From: Escherichia coli O127:H6 str. E2348/69
GTDB lineage: Bacteria; Pseudomonadota; Gammaproteobacteria; Enterobacterales; Enterobacteriaceae
DNA: 64,000 nucleotides
Direction: 5' to 3' (one strand)
Assembly: GCF_000026545.1 (NCBI RefSeq)
Contig: NC_011601.1
In this document: piece by piece, positions 28,308 to 40,032 of the stretch
Layout of the letters: the number at the start of each line of letters is the position of its first letter
Position numbering within the stretch: the stretch's first letter is position 1
Notes under the pieces: generated by a model
Databases searched by the model: none
What the model was told of the DNA's origin: nothing
What the model saw: the letters and a program-made list of their open reading frames with translations, nothing else
Program-made: the position numbers and the translations under genes

Positions 28308-29420
28308 ATGACCGCCTTAAATAAAAAATGGCTATCGGGTCTGGTTGCGGGGGCTCTGATGGCCGTCTCTGTCAGCACGCTCGCGGCTGAACAAAAAACA
28401 CTCCACATTTATAACTGGTCTGATTATATCGCCCCGGACACGGTGGCCAACTTTGAAAAAGAAACCGGTATTAAAGTCGTCTACGATGTTTTCGATTCTA
28501 ACGAAGTACTGGAAGGCAAATTAATGGCGGGGAGCACTGGCTTTGATCTGGTGGTGCCGTCAGCAAGCTTTCTTGAGCGCCAGCTGACAGCGGGAGTTTT
28601 CCAGCCGCTGGATAAAAGCAAATTGCCGGAGTGGAAGAATCTCGATCCGGAGCTGCTGAAGTTGGTCGCCAAACACGATCCCGACAATAAATTTGCTATG
28701 CCCTATATGTGGGCGACGACCGGGATTGGCTATAACGTCGATAAAGTTAAAGCGGTGTTGGGCGAAAACGCGCCCGTCGATAGCTGGGACTTGATCCTCA
28801 AACCTGAAAATCTGGAAAAACTGAAAAGCTGCGGTGTCTCTTTCCTGGATGCGCCAGAAGAAGTGTTTGCTACCGTGCTGAATTATCTCGGCAAAGATCC
28901 TAACAGCACTAAAGCGGATGATTACACCGGACCGGCTACCGATCTGCTGTTAAAGCTGCGCCCGAACATTCGTTATTTCCATTCATCCCAATACATCAAT
29001 GATCTGGCGAATGGTGACATCTGTGTCGCTATTGGCTGGGCGGGCGATGTCTGGCAGGCGTCAAACCGCGCGAAGGAAGCGAAGAATGGCGTGAATGTCT
29101 CGTTCTCGATTCCAAAAGAAGGGGCGATGGCGTTCTTTGATGTATTCGCCATGCCTGCGGATGCCAAAAACAAAGACGAAGCCTATCAGTTCCTGAATTA
29201 CCTGCTGCGTCCTGATGTGGTGGCACATATCTCTGACCATGTGTTCTATGCTAACGCCAATAAAGCAGCCACGCCGCTGGTGAGTGCGGAAGTCCGTGAT
29301 AACCCGGGTATTTATCCGCCTGCGGATGTTCGTGCGAAGCTGTTCACTCTGAAAGTGCAGGACCCGAAAATCGACCGTGTGCGCACCCGCGCGTGGACCA
29401 AAGTGAAGAGCGGAAAATAA
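28308..29420 (+). CDS. potF: putrescine-binding periplasmic protein PotF
   Basis: 370 aa with signal peptide, start ATG 28308. Confidence 0.9.
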   Translation: MTALNKKWLSGLVAGALMAVSVSTLAAEQKTLHIYNWSDYIAPDTVANFEKETGIKVVYDVFDSNEVLEGKLMAGSTGFDLVVPSASFLERQLTAGVFQPLDKSKLPEWKNLDPELLKLVAKHDPDNKFAMPYMWATTGIGYNVDKVKAVLGENAPVDSWDLILKPENLEKLKSCGVSFLDAPEEVFATVLNYLGKDPNSTKADDYTGPATDLLLKLRPNIRYFHSSQYINDLANGDICVAIGWAGDVWQASNRAKEAKNGVNVSFSIPKEGAMAFFDVFAMPADAKNKDEAYQFLNYLLRPDVVAHISDHVFYANANKAATPLVSAEVRDNPGIYPPADVRAKLFTLKVQDPKIDRVRTRAWTKVKSGK

Positions 29421-29514
29421 TCCGCAGCCGTAGATGCCGGACGGGCGCACCACACCCGCCGGCAATTCGCACCATCATGGTGCGCTTGCACACATTCAAT
29501 GCCGGAGAGCAGCC

Positions 29515-30648
29515 GTGAATGACGCTATCCCTCGCCCGCAGGCGAAAACCCGTAAGGCGCTGACGCCGCTATTAGAAATCCGTAACCTGACCAAATCCTA
29601 CGATGGTCAACATGCGGTGGATGATGTCAGCCTGACCATCTACAAAGGTGAAATCTTCGCGCTGCTGGGCGCATCCGGCTGTGGCAAGTCCACGCTGCTG
29701 CGTATGCTGGCAGGTTTTGAACAACCTTCTGCCGGGCAGATTATGCTCGATGGCGTCGATTTGTCACAGGTGCCGCCTTACCTGCGCCCCATCAATATGA
29801 TGTTTCAGTCTTACGCGCTGTTTCCGCATATGACCGTGGAACAGAACATCGCTTTTGGCCTGAAACAGGACAAACTACCGAAAGCGGAAATTGCCAGCCG
29901 GGTCAATGAGATGCTTGGGCTGGTGCATATGCAGGAGTTCGCCAAACGCAAACCGCATCAGCTTTCCGGTGGTCAGCGTCAGCGTGTGGCCCTGGCCAGA
30001 AGCCTTGCCAAGCGCCCGAAACTATTACTGCTCGATGAGCCGATGGGCGCGCTGGATAAAAAGCTGCGTGACCGGATGCAGCTTGAAGTGGTGGATATTC
30101 TGGAGCGCGTCGGTGTGACCTGCGTAATGGTTACTCACGATCAGGAAGAGGCGATGACCATGGCGGGGCGTATCGCCATTATGAATCGTGGGAAATTTGT
30201 CCAGATTGGCGAGCCGGAAGAGATCTACGAGCATCCGACCACTCGCTACAGCGCTGAATTTATCGGTTCGGTTAATGTCTTTGAAGGTGTACTCAAAGAG
30301 CGTCAGGAAGATGGTCTGGTGCTTTATTCGCCGGGGCTGGTGCATCCACTGAAAGTCGATGCGGATGCTTCGGTTGTTGATAACGTGCCGGTGCATGTGG
30401 CGCTTCGCCCGGAAAAAATCATGCTTTGCGAGGAACCGCCCGCCAATGGTTGTAACTTCGCGGTGGGGGAGGTGATACACATTGCCTATCTCGGCGATCT
30501 TTCGGTGTATCACGTTCGTCTGAAAAGTGGGCAGATGATTAGCGCCCAGCTACAAAACGCCCATCGTCATCGTAAAGGGTTACCGACCTGGGGCGACGAA
30601 GTACGTTTGTGCTGGGAAGTGGACAGCTGTGTGGTGCTGACGGTTTAA
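29515..30648 (+). CDS. potG: putrescine ABC transporter ATPase PotG
   Basis: Walker A GASGCGKST; GTG start at 29515. Confidence 0.9.
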   Translation: MNDAIPRPQAKTRKALTPLLEIRNLTKSYDGQHAVDDVSLTIYKGEIFALLGASGCGKSTLLRMLAGFEQPSAGQIMLDGVDLSQVPPYLRPINMMFQSYALFPHMTVEQNIAFGLKQDKLPKAEIASRVNEMLGLVHMQEFAKRKPHQLSGGQRQRVALARSLAKRPKLLLLDEPMGALDKKLRDRMQLEVVDILERVGVTCVMVTHDQEEAMTMAGRIAIMNRGKFVQIGEPEEIYEHPTTRYSAEFIGSVNVFEGVLKERQEDGLVLYSPGLVHPLKVDADASVVDNVPVHVALRPEKIMLCEEPPANGCNFAVGEVIHIAYLGDLSVYHVRLKSGQMISAQLQNAHRHRKGLPTWGDEVRLCWEVDSCVVLTV

Positions 30649-30657
30649 GGAGCAAAG

Positions 30658-31611
30658 ATGAGTACACTTGAACCTGCTGCCCAGTCGAAACCGCCGGACG
30701 GATTTAAGCTGTGGTTGTCGCAGCTGCAAATGAAGCATGGGCGCAAACTGGTCATTGCGTTGCCATATATCTGGTTGATCTTGCTGTTTCTGCTGCCATT
30801 TCTGATCGTCTTTAAAATAAGCCTGGCGGAGATGGCGCGCGCTATTCCACCTTATACCGAATTGATGGAGTGGGCTGACGGGCAACTTTCTATCACTCTT
30901 AATCTCGGTAATTTTCTGCAACTGACCGACGATCCGCTCTATTTTGATGCTTATCTCCAGTCGTTACAGGTGGCGGCGATTTCGACTATTTGCTGTTTAC
31001 TGATCGGCTATCCGCTGGCGTGGGCGGTGGCGCACAGTAAGCCTTCGACCCGTAATATCTTATTACTACTGGTGATCCTGCCGTCGTGGACCTCGTTTCT
31101 GATTCGTGTCTACGCCTGGATGGGAATATTAAAAAGCAACGGTGTGCTGAATAATTTTCTGCTGTGGCTGGGGGTTATCGATCAACCGCTGACCATTCTG
31201 CATACCAACTTTGCTGTTTATATTGGCATTGTTTACGCCTACGTGCCGTTTATGGTGCTGCCGATTTACACCGCGTTGATTCGTATTGATTATTCGCTGG
31301 TAGAAGCGGCACTGGATCTCGGTGCACGACCGCTGAAAACGTTCTTTACTGTGATCGTGCCGCTGACTAAAGGTGGGATTATTGCCGGATCGATGCTGGT
31401 GTTTATCCCGGCTGTGGGCGAGTTTGTGATCCCGGAACTGCTCGGTGGCCCGGACAGCATCATGATCGGGCGCGTGCTGTGGCAGGAGTTCTTTAACAAC
31501 CGCGACTGGCCGGTGGCCTCAGCGGTAGCGATCATCATGTTGCTGCTGCTAATTATGCCGATAATGTGGTTCCACAAACATCAGCAAAAAAGCGTGGGAG
31601 AACACGGATGA
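30658..31611 (+). CDS. potH: putrescine ABC transporter permease PotH
   Basis: 317 aa permease. Confidence 0.9.
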   Translation: MSTLEPAAQSKPPDGFKLWLSQLQMKHGRKLVIALPYIWLILLFLLPFLIVFKISLAEMARAIPPYTELMEWADGQLSITLNLGNFLQLTDDPLYFDAYLQSLQVAAISTICCLLIGYPLAWAVAHSKPSTRNILLLLVILPSWTSFLIRVYAWMGILKSNGVLNNFLLWLGVIDQPLTILHTNFAVYIGIVYAYVPFMVLPIYTALIRIDYSLVEAALDLGARPLKTFFTVIVPLTKGGIIAGSMLVFIPAVGEFVIPELLGGPDSIMIGRVLWQEFFNNRDWPVASAVAIIMLLLLIMPIMWFHKHQQKSVGEHG

Positions 31612-32453
31612 ATAATTTACCGGTGGTTCGTTCGCCCTGGCGGATTGTGATTTTGCTGTTGGGCTTCACCTTTCTCTACGCGCCAATGCTGATGCTGGTG
31701 ATCTATTCATTCAACAGCTCGAAGCTGGTGACGGTGTGGGCCGGCTGGTCAACGCGCTGGTATGGCGAATTATTGCGCGATGACGCGATGATGAGTGCGG
31801 TTGGTTTAAGCCTGACAATTGCGGCCTGTGCGGCGACGGCGGCGGCGATCCTCGGGACTATTGCGGCGGTGGTGCTGGTGCGCTTTGGCAGGTTTCGCGG
31901 ATCAAATGGTTTTGCCTTTATGATCACCGCGCCGCTGGTGATGCCAGATGTCATCACGGGCTTGTCGCTATTGTTGTTATTCGTCGCGCTTGCTCATGCC
32001 ATTGGCTGGCCTGCGGACCGCGGTATGCTCACCATCTGGCTGGCGCATGTCACTTTCTGTACGGCTTATGTGGCAGTCGTTATTTCGTCGCGTCTGCGGG
32101 AACTGGATAGCTCGATAGAAGAAGCCGCGATGGATCTTGGTGCGACGCCGCTGAAAGTGTTTTTTGTCATTACGCTACCGATGATCATGCCCGCGATCAT
32201 TTCTGGCTGGTTACTGGCTTTTACTTTGTCGCTTGATGATCTGGTGATCGCCAGCTTTGTTTCCGGGCCAGGAGCCACCACTTTACCGATGCTGGTCTTT
32301 TCCAGCGTGCGGATGGGGGTGAATCCGGAAATCAACGCCCTGGCAACATTGATCCTCGGCGCGGTCGGAATTGTCGGATTTATCGCCTGGTATCTGATGG
32401 CGCGCGCAGAAAAACAGCGGATACGCGACATCCAGCGTGCAAGACGTGGCTGA
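31608..32453 (+). CDS. potI: putrescine ABC transporter permease PotI
   Basis: 281 aa from ATG 31608, overlaps potH stop. Confidence 0.9.
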   Translation: MNNLPVVRSPWRIVILLLGFTFLYAPMLMLVIYSFNSSKLVTVWAGWSTRWYGELLRDDAMMSAVGLSLTIAACAATAAAILGTIAAVVLVRFGRFRGSNGFAFMITAPLVMPDVITGLSLLLLFVALAHAIGWPADRGMLTIWLAHVTFCTAYVAVVISSRLRELDSSIEEAAMDLGATPLKVFFVITLPMIMPAIISGWLLAFTLSLDDLVIASFVSGPGATTLPMLVFSSVRMGVNPEINALATLILGAVGIVGFIAWYLMARAEKQRIRDIQRARRG

Positions 32454-32512
32454 AGACACTAAAATTTGCCAACCTGGCTACATAATGCCGCGCATGTCGC
32501 GGCATTGTTTTC

Positions 32513-33001
32513 ATGGAAGACGAAACGTTGGGATTTTTTAAGAAAACATCTTCATCTCATGCTCGCCTGAATGTGCCTGCGCTGGTGCAGGTGGCGGCGC
32601 TCGCCATTATTATGATCCGTGGCCTCGACGTGCTGATGATTTTCAATACGCTGGGCGTGCGCGGTATTGGCGAGTTCATTCATCGCAGCGTACAAACCTG
32701 GAGTTTAACGCTGGTCTTTTTGAGCAGTCTGGTGCTGGTTTTCATTGAGATCTGGTGTGCGTTTTCACTGGTGAAAGGGCGTCGCTGGGCGCGCTGGCTG
32801 TATCTGTTGACACAAATCACAGCCGCAAGTTACTTGTGGGCGGCTTCGCTGGGGTATGGTTATCCGGAGCTGTTCAGCATTCCCGGTGAATCAAAACGTG
32901 AAATCTTCCATAGCCTGATGCTGCAGAAGCTGCCGGATATGCTCATCCTGATGCTGCTGTTCGTTCCCTCGACCAGTCGGCGGTTCTTCCAGTTGCAATA
33001 A
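32513..33001 (+). CDS. ybjO: inner membrane protein YbjO (DUF2593)
   Basis: 162 aa, synteny. Confidence 0.8.
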   Translation: MEDETLGFFKKTSSSHARLNVPALVQVAALAIIMIRGLDVLMIFNTLGVRGIGEFIHRSVQTWSLTLVFLSSLVLVFIEIWCAFSLVKGRRWARWLYLLTQITAASYLWAASLGYGYPELFSIPGESKREIFHSLMLQKLPDMLILMLLFVPSTSRRFFQLQ

Positions 33002-33041
33002 TGTGTATAATCGTCGCCCCTGATTATGTGAAGGTCAATGT

Positions 33042-34169
33042 ATGCAGTGCGCACTTTACGACGCGGGTCGCTGTCGTTCCTGTCAGTGGATAACGCAGCC
33101 GATTCCAGAGCAACTCTCCGCTAAAACCGCCGATCTTAAAAATCTGCTCGCTGATTTTCCGGTTGAGGAATGGTGTGCGCCGGTGTCAGGCCCGGAACAA
33201 GGGTTTCGTAATAAAGCCAAAATGGTGGTGAGTGGTAGCGTTGAAAAACCACTGCTCGGTATGCTGCATCGGGATGGTACACCGGAAGACCTTTGTGACT
33301 GCCCGCTTTATCCAGCCTCATTTGCGCCCGTTTTTGCGGCGCTAAAACCGTTTATCGCCCGTGCGGGTTTAACGCCTTACAACGTGGCGCGTAAGCGTGG
33401 TGAACTGAAATACATTCTGCTGACTGAAAGCCAGAGCGATGGCGGCATGATGCTGCGTTTTGTACTGCGTTCTGATACCAAACTGGCGCAACTGCGTAAG
33501 GCGCTGCCGTGGTTACAGGAACAATTACCGCAGCTGAAAGTTATTACCGTCAATATTCAGCCGGTACATATGGCGATTATGGAAGGGGAGACGGAGATCT
33601 ACCTGACCGAACAACAGGCACTGGCAGAGCGTTTTAATGACGTACCGCTGTGGATCCGTCCGCAAAGTTTCTTCCAGACTAATCCGGCGGTCGCCAGCCA
33701 GCTGTACGCCACTGCGCGCGACTGGGTACGACAGCTGCCGGTTAAACATATGTGGGATCTGTTCTGCGGTGTGGGTGGCTTTGGTTTACACTGCGCGACG
33801 CCTGACATGCAGTTAACCGGGATCGAAATTGCGCCAGAGGCCATTGCCTGTGCAAAGCAGTCAGCCGCTGAACTGGGCTTAACGCGTTTGCAATTTCAGG
33901 CGCTGGACTCTACGCAGTTTGCCTCCGCCCAGGGGGAAGTGCCGGAGCTGGTACTGGTTAACCCGCCGCGCCGCGGCATCGGTAAACCGCTGTGTGATTA
34001 TCTCTCAACGATGGCACCGCGTTTTATTATCTACTCCAGCTGTAACGCCCAAACTATGGCGAAAGATATCCGCGAACTGCCTGGTTATCGCATCGAACGG
34101 GTACAGCTTTTTGATATGTTCCCGCACACCGCGCACTATGAAGTGCTGACGCTGCTGGTGAAGCAATAA
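33042..34169 (+). CDS. rlmC: 23S rRNA (uracil747-C5)-methyltransferase RlmC (RumB)
   Basis: 375 aa, N-terminal Cys cluster, SAM-methyltransferase motifs. Confidence 0.9.
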   Translation: MQCALYDAGRCRSCQWITQPIPEQLSAKTADLKNLLADFPVEEWCAPVSGPEQGFRNKAKMVVSGSVEKPLLGMLHRDGTPEDLCDCPLYPASFAPVFAALKPFIARAGLTPYNVARKRGELKYILLTESQSDGGMMLRFVLRSDTKLAQLRKALPWLQEQLPQLKVITVNIQPVHMAIMEGETEIYLTEQQALAERFNDVPLWIRPQSFFQTNPAVASQLYATARDWVRQLPVKHMWDLFCGVGGFGLHCATPDMQLTGIEIAPEAIACAKQSAAELGLTRLQFQALDSTQFASAQGEVPELVLVNPPRRGIGKPLCDYLSTMAPRFIIYSSCNAQTMAKDIRELPGYRIERVQLFDMFPHTAHYEVLTLLVKQ

Positions 34170-34192
34170 AAAAGCCGCAGGTGCGGCTTTCT
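34170..34192. terminator. bidirectional intrinsic terminator between rlmC and artJ
   Basis: GCCGCAGG/TGCGGC hairpin flanked by A-run and T-run. Confidence 0.5.
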
Positions 34193-34197
34193 GAATC

Positions 34198-34929
34198 TTA
34201 CTGTGGGAACCACTGGTCATTGATTTTCTGATATGTACCGTCAGCTTTAATTGCTGCCAGCGCGTTATTCAGTTTTTCCAGTAGAGCTTTGTTATCCGGA
34301 CGTACAGCGATACCCAGGCCGGTGCCGAAGTATTGCGGATCGGTCACTTTTTCAGTAGCAACGCCCAGTTGCGGATTGGTTTTCAGCCATTCGTTTACCA
34401 CTGCGGTGTCACCAAATACGCCATCAATACGGCCATTTTTCAGATCGATAAAGGCATTCTGATAACTGTCATAGGAGACAGTTTTCACTTCCGGGTGCTG
34501 ATCCTGAATATATTTCTGGTGCGTGGTGCCGTTTTCCATCCCAATACGTTTGCCTTTCAGATCGGCAAACGTTTTGTAGGTATCTTTTTTGGCAATCACG
34601 ACGGCTGAGTTTTCGTAGTAGGGCGTGGTAAACGATACCTGTTTGCTACGCTCCGGCGTGATATCCATTCCGGAGATTACGGCGTCATATTTTCTGAATT
34701 TCAGTGACGGGATCAGGCTGTCGAACGCGTGATTAGTAAAAGTACATTCTGCCTGCATTTGTTTGCACAAGGCTTTTGCCAGGTCGATATCAAAGCCGAC
34801 AATCTCATTATTAGCACCTATAGATTCAAAGGGTGGATAGGTGGCTGAAACGCCAAAATTGATTTTCTCTGCGGCAGAAGCACCGAAAGTAAAAGAAGCA
34901 AGTAAAGCGGCAAGAACTAACTTTTTCAT
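34198..34929 (-). CDS. artJ: arginine-binding periplasmic protein ArtJ
   Basis: 243 aa from the Met at 34929, signal peptide. Confidence 0.9.
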   Translation of the reverse strand: MKKLVLAALLASFTFGASAAEKINFGVSATYPPFESIGANNEIVGFDIDLAKALCKQMQAECTFTNHAFDSLIPSLKFRKYDAVISGMDITPERSKQVSFTTPYYENSAVVIAKKDTYKTFADLKGKRIGMENGTTHQKYIQDQHPEVKTVSYDSYQNAFIDLKNGRIDGVFGDTAVVNEWLKTNPQLGVATEKVTDPQYFGTGLGIAVRPDNKALLEKLNNALAAIKADGTYQKINDQWFPQ

Positions 34930-35154
34930 GATGGAACTCCCGTCTGTCAATCTTATGATTTTTGGCCGTGTCTGCGGCATGGGATAACAATGCCATCAAG
35001 TGAATTTATATGCAATAAATATGATTAAATAATTTAAGTGAAATAAAAAAAGACGGACAACTTAGTGAGTTGTCCGTCTTCATTATAAGAATTTATGCAC
35101 TATGTAGGCCGGATAAGGCGTCCGCGCCGCATCCGGCATCAGCACGCAGCCAAA

Positions 35155-35823
35155 TTAATTCCTTCGCTCAAACGCCAGTGCTTTGCGCTCGATCAGACGC
35201 ATCATCAGCGTCAGCAGGCCGTTAACGACCAGATAAATAATCCCTGCCGCGCCGAACACCATGACATCGTAGGTGCGTCCGTACAACAACTGGCTGTATC
35301 CCATCACTTCCATCAGCGTAATGGTGTAAGCCAGAGAGGTACTTTTGAACACCAGCACCACTTCGTTGGAATAAGAAGAGAGCGAGCGTTTAAAGGCATA
35401 CGGCAGCAGGATCGCCAGCGTATCTTTTTTGCTCATTCCCAGGGCGCTACAGGACTGCCACTGACCTTCCGGGATCGCACGAATTGCACCGTAAAACAGC
35501 TGCGTGGTATACGCCGCACTGTTCAGCGACAACGCAATCAGCGCACATAACCACGGTTCTGACAACAAATGCCACAGTGCCGGATACTCCTGCAACGTCG
35601 GGAACTGGCCCGGCCCGTAATAAATCAGGAAGATCTGCACCAGCAGCGGCGTACCGGTAAACAGTGTGATATACCCCCGCACCAGCCACACCAGCACCGG
35701 CGTTTTCAGCGTCAGGATGATGGTAAAAATCAACGCCAGAATCAGTGCCACAATCAGCGAGGCAACGGTTAGCGTCAGGCTGGTGTGCAGCCCTTTCATC
35801 AGTTCGGGTAAATACTCAAACAT
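35155..35823 (-). CDS. artM: arginine ABC transporter permease ArtM
   Basis: 222 aa. Confidence 0.9.
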   Translation of the reverse strand: MFEYLPELMKGLHTSLTLTVASLIVALILALIFTIILTLKTPVLVWLVRGYITLFTGTPLLVQIFLIYYGPGQFPTLQEYPALWHLLSEPWLCALIALSLNSAAYTTQLFYGAIRAIPEGQWQSCSALGMSKKDTLAILLPYAFKRSLSSYSNEVVLVFKSTSLAYTITLMEVMGYSQLLYGRTYDVMVFGAAGIIYLVVNGLLTLMMRLIERKALAFERRN

Positions 35824-36539
35824 TAGCTGGGCCTCCGCTCAAAACGTGTCGCGCGCAGGTCAATGCGTTTGAGAATGTACTGACTGAGCAGGGTGATCAC
35901 CAGGTAAATTGCCGCCGCCACAATGTACCAGGTAAACGGTTCCTGGGTACGGGTAGCGATGCTTTTGGTTTGCAGCATTAAATCATTCACACTAATCAAA
36001 CTGACCAGCGCGGTATCTTTCAGCAGCACCAGCCACTGGTTACCGAGACCCGGCAGCGCATGACGCCACATCTGCGGCATCACCAGACGGAAAAAGATAG
36101 CCGATTTCGACAGCCCCAGCGCCTGACCAGATTCCCACTGGCCCACCGGCACCGCTTTCAACGCGCCGCGCAGCGTTTGCGAGGCATAGGCGGCATACAG
36201 CAGTGACAGAGCGATGACACCACAAAGGAACGGGCTAACGTCGAAGTTCTCAATGTCCATCTGCACCGGGATCTGCACGAACCCAAGATTGATAGTGAAG
36301 CCATCCGAAAGCGTCAGCAGCAGCTGCGAGGAGCCAAAATAGATAAACAGCACCACCAGAATTTCTGGCAGGCCACGCAGAATGGTTACCAGCGCTGAAC
36401 CTGCCCACGCGACAGGACGCCATTTCGCAGACTCCCATACCGCAAAGAACATCGCCAGCGCCAGCCCGACAATCAATGCACAAACGGCAAGGCCGACGGT
36501 CATCCCGGCGGCGCTTGCTAAAGGAAAAAATTCATTCAT
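35823..36539 (-). CDS. artQ: arginine ABC transporter permease ArtQ
   Basis: 238 aa. Confidence 0.9.
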
Positions 36540-36545
36540 CAGGAA

Positions 36546-37277
36546 TTACTTCTGGAACCATTTGTTGTAGATGGTTTCGTAAGTGCCATCTTTCTTCACT
36601 TTTTCCAGCGCAGTGTTGAGTTTCTGCTGCAGTTCAGTGTTGCCCTGGCGTACTGCGATGCCGAGGCCAGTACCGAAGTAATCTTTATCGGTCACTTTAT
36701 CGCCCACTGCCGCCAGTTTTGGGTTATCTTTCAGCCATTCGGTTACCACTGCGGTGTCACCAAATACGCTGTCGATACGACCGTTTTGCAGATCCAGTTT
36801 TGCGTTCTGGTAACTGTCATATGGCACGGTAGTGATTTCCGGATGCTTATCCATAATGAACTTCTGGTGTGTCGTCCCGTTCTGAACGCCAACTTTTTTG
36901 CCTTTCAGCTGATCAACACTGGTGTATTTGCCTTGCTGACCCACAAACAGGGCAGAGTTGTCATAGTACGGCGTGGTAAACAGCACCTGCTTTTCACGCT
37001 CCGGAGTGATATCCATGCCCGCCATCACTGCTTCTACGCGACGGAATTTCAGGCTTGGGATCAGGCTGTCAAACGCCTGGTTAGAGAAAGTGCAGGTTGC
37101 ATCAATCTCTTTACACAATGCCTGCGCCAGGTCGACATCAAAACCAACGATCTGGTTGTTTGCATCAATCGATTCAAACGGAGGATAGGAGGCTTCGGTG
37201 GCAAAACGAATGGTTTCGGCTGCTGTGGCGGAAAGACTAAAACCTGCAATTAACGCGGCAATCAGAACTTTTTTCAT
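36546..37277 (-). CDS. artI: arginine-binding periplasmic protein ArtI
   Basis: 243 aa, paralogue of ArtJ. Confidence 0.9.
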   Translation of the reverse strand: MKKVLIAALIAGFSLSATAAETIRFATEASYPPFESIDANNQIVGFDVDLAQALCKEIDATCTFSNQAFDSLIPSLKFRRVEAVMAGMDITPEREKQVLFTTPYYDNSALFVGQQGKYTSVDQLKGKKVGVQNGTTHQKFIMDKHPEITTVPYDSYQNAKLDLQNGRIDSVFGDTAVVTEWLKDNPKLAAVGDKVTDKDYFGTGLGIAVRQGNTELQQKLNTALEKVKKDGTYETIYNKWFQK

Positions 37278-37294
37278 TGTTGTTATCCCGAATC

Positions 37295-38023
37295 TTAGTG
37301 AGAGAGATAGTTTTTAAATGCTTCGGTTTGCGGCTCGGTAAAGCAGCTCGCGTCGCCTTGTTCTACGATATGACCGTTTTCCATATACACCACTCGGCTG
37401 GCGGTTTTACGCGCCACTTCAACTTCGTGGGTGACGATCACCTGGGTAATATTCGTTTCTGCCAGCTCACGAATGATGCTGACGATTTGTGCCGTAATTT
37501 CGGGGTCCAGTGCGGCGGTCGGTTCATCGAACAGCAGTACCTGCGGTTCCATCATCAACGCACGGGCAATAGCAACACGCTGCTGCTGACCACCAGAAAG
37601 ATGCAGCGGGTAACGATCGCTATAAGGTTTGAGACGCAGACGTTCCAGCAGTTTTTCTGCACGGGCCAGCGCCTGATCTTTACTCAGCCCCAGTACACGG
37701 CAGGGCGCTTCAATCAGGTTTTGCTGCACGGTCAGATGCGGCCACAGGTTGTATTGCTGAAACACCATGCCAACGTTACGACGCAAATCGCGAATCGCTT
37801 TGTCAGAGGGTGTTTTGGTGAAATCGAAATGGTTGCCTGCAATGTTGAGCGTACCGGAGCGCGGCATCTCAAGCAGATTGAGTACACGCAGCAGCGAGCT
37901 TTTACCCGCGCCGCTGGGGCCAAGTAACACCAGCGTTTCGCCCTGTGGGCAATCCAGCGTGATATCGAACAGCGCCTGATGCGCGCCGTAGAAGCAATTA
38001 ATGCCGTTTAATTGAATACTCAT
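37295..38023 (-). CDS. artP: arginine ABC transporter ATPase ArtP
   Basis: Walker [10 protein letters not shown]; start at the Met at 38023. Confidence 0.9.
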
Positions 38024-38240
38024 TGACACTCGTATACTGGCAGTCTGATAGCTATTGAGGTCGAAGATAGTACCTTTGACAGAATAATTATGCAATATTT
38101 CTGCTTTAAAAGTTAAAAGCAAAGCGCATTATTCAATAAACATAGCACAAAATAACGGGGGCGGTGGTCGGCGAGCATAAATGTCGGCATTCCTCACGAA
38201 ATGCCGGACAATTTACGGGGTTTATTGGTTGATCAAGACG

Positions 38241-38756
38241 TTAGCGATTCTCGATGGACTGACGGAGCGTACCCGCTGTGGCATGAACGCTACCGCCTAA
38301 GTAGCGCACATCGTCGATGACCCAACACTGGCCTTCCTGAATCATTAACACTTCATCCTGCCAGCCCTGGTCACCCTGCTTGAGATCCACGCGCAATGGA
38401 ATGTTACGGGCATCACGATTAGGGATAGTCGATGCACTGGCTACGTGGGCGCTGTCTGGCAAGGTGGTTCGACTGGAGAACGGATCGCTGCTTAACAATT
38501 CACGATGACTATTATCGCGGCTGGCATCGCTAAGTAGGGTTGCCAGTTTGTCACTCAAATAGGGGCGCAGGGCGGTAATGTCATTGCTGCGATGTTGAAT
38601 GCGGTAGTCATAGAATTGTTGAGCCACGCTATCAGGCCCCCCCTGGACACAGGAACCGGTGCGGGGGCCGTTATCTTTATAAGCTGGCGTGACGGTGGTA
38701 CAGGCACTGAGTAGCAGTGCGCAAGGGATAAGCATGGTCAATTTGCTATAGCGCAT
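38241..38756 (-). CDS. ybjP: lipoprotein YbjP
   Basis: Lipobox LLSAC; start at the Met at 38756. Confidence 0.8.
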   Translation of the reverse strand: MRYSKLTMLIPCALLLSACTTVTPAYKDNGPRTGSCVQGGPDSVAQQFYDYRIQHRSNDITALRPYLSDKLATLLSDASRDNSHRELLSSDPFSSRTTLPDSAHVASASTIPNRDARNIPLRVDLKQGDQGWQDEVLMIQEGQCWVIDDVRYLGGSVHATAGTLRQSIENR

Positions 38757-38881
38757 GATGATTTCCTTATAAGCGAACACCTTGAAAGCGTTCTACGATA
38801 ATAATGATATCCTTTCAATAATAGCGTATCAGTCCGATAATGCTTTGAAGATCGAAGGCTTAGCAAACAAGGAGATCGATC

Positions 38882-39205
38882 ATGCAATTTTCTACAACCC
38901 CAACTCTGGAAGGCCAGACCATCGTTGAATATTGCGGTGTGGTGACTGGCGAAGCGATTTTAGGCGCGAATATTTTCCGTGATTTCTTTGCCGGTATCCG
39001 CGATATCGTTGGCGGACGCTCCGGGGCTTATGAAAAAGAATTGCGTAAAGCGCGGGAGATCGCCTTTGAGGAGCTCGGCTCCCAGGCGCGGGCGCTGGGG
39101 GCTGATGCCGTAGTCGGTATTGATATCGACTACGAAACGGTCGGGCAAAATGGCAGTATGCTGATGGTTAGCGTCAGCGGTACGGCGGTGAAAACGCGTC
39201 GATGA
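38882..39205 (+). CDS. ybjQ: UPF0145 protein YbjQ
   Basis: 107 aa. Confidence 0.8.
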
Positions 39206-40032
39206 GAAGAGTCTTCTGGCTGGTCGCCGCCGCTCTGTTACTGGCAGGGTGTGCCGGCGAAAAAGGCATTGTCGAGAAAGAGGGATATCAGCTTGATACC
39301 CGACGCCAGGCGCAGGCGGCGTATCCGCGCATTAAAGTGCTGTTGATCCACTACACCGCAGATGATTTTGATAGCTCGCTGGCGACACTGACCGATAAGC
39401 AGGTCAGCTCGCATTATCTGGTCCCTGCTGTGCCACCGCGATACAACGGTAAACCGCGCATCTGGCAACTGGTGCCGGAACAGGAACTGGCCTGGCATGC
39501 GGGGATTAGCGCCTGGCGCGGGGCAACGCGTCTTAACGACACCTCTATTGGCATTGAGCTGGAAAACCGTGGCTGGCAAAAATCATCCGGAGTGAAATAT
39601 TTTGCCCCGTTTGAACAGGCACAGATTCAGGCGCTTATTCCGCTGGCGAAAGATATTATTGCCCGTTATCACATCAAGCCGGAAAACGTAGTGGCGCATG
39701 CGGATATTGCGCCGCAGCGCAAAGACGATCCGGGGCCGTTATTCCCCTGGCAACAACTGGCGCAGCAGGGGATTGGTGCCTGGCCGGATGCGCAGCGGGT
39801 GAACTTTTACCTTGCCGGGCGCGCGCCGCACACACTGGTAGATACCGCATCATTACTGGAGCTTTTGGCGCGCTACGGTTATGACGTTAAACCTGATATG
39901 ACACCGCGCGAGCAGCGGCGCGTGATTATGGCGTTCCAGATGCATTTCCGCCCGACGTTATACAACGGCGAAGCGGATGCAGAAACTCAGGCGATTGCCG
40001 AAGCGTTGCTGGAGAAATACGGGCAGGATTAG
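39202..40032 (+). CDS. amiD: N-acetylmuramoyl-L-alanine amidase AmiD (lipoprotein)
   Basis: 276 aa, lipobox LLAGC, amidase_2 family. Confidence 0.85.
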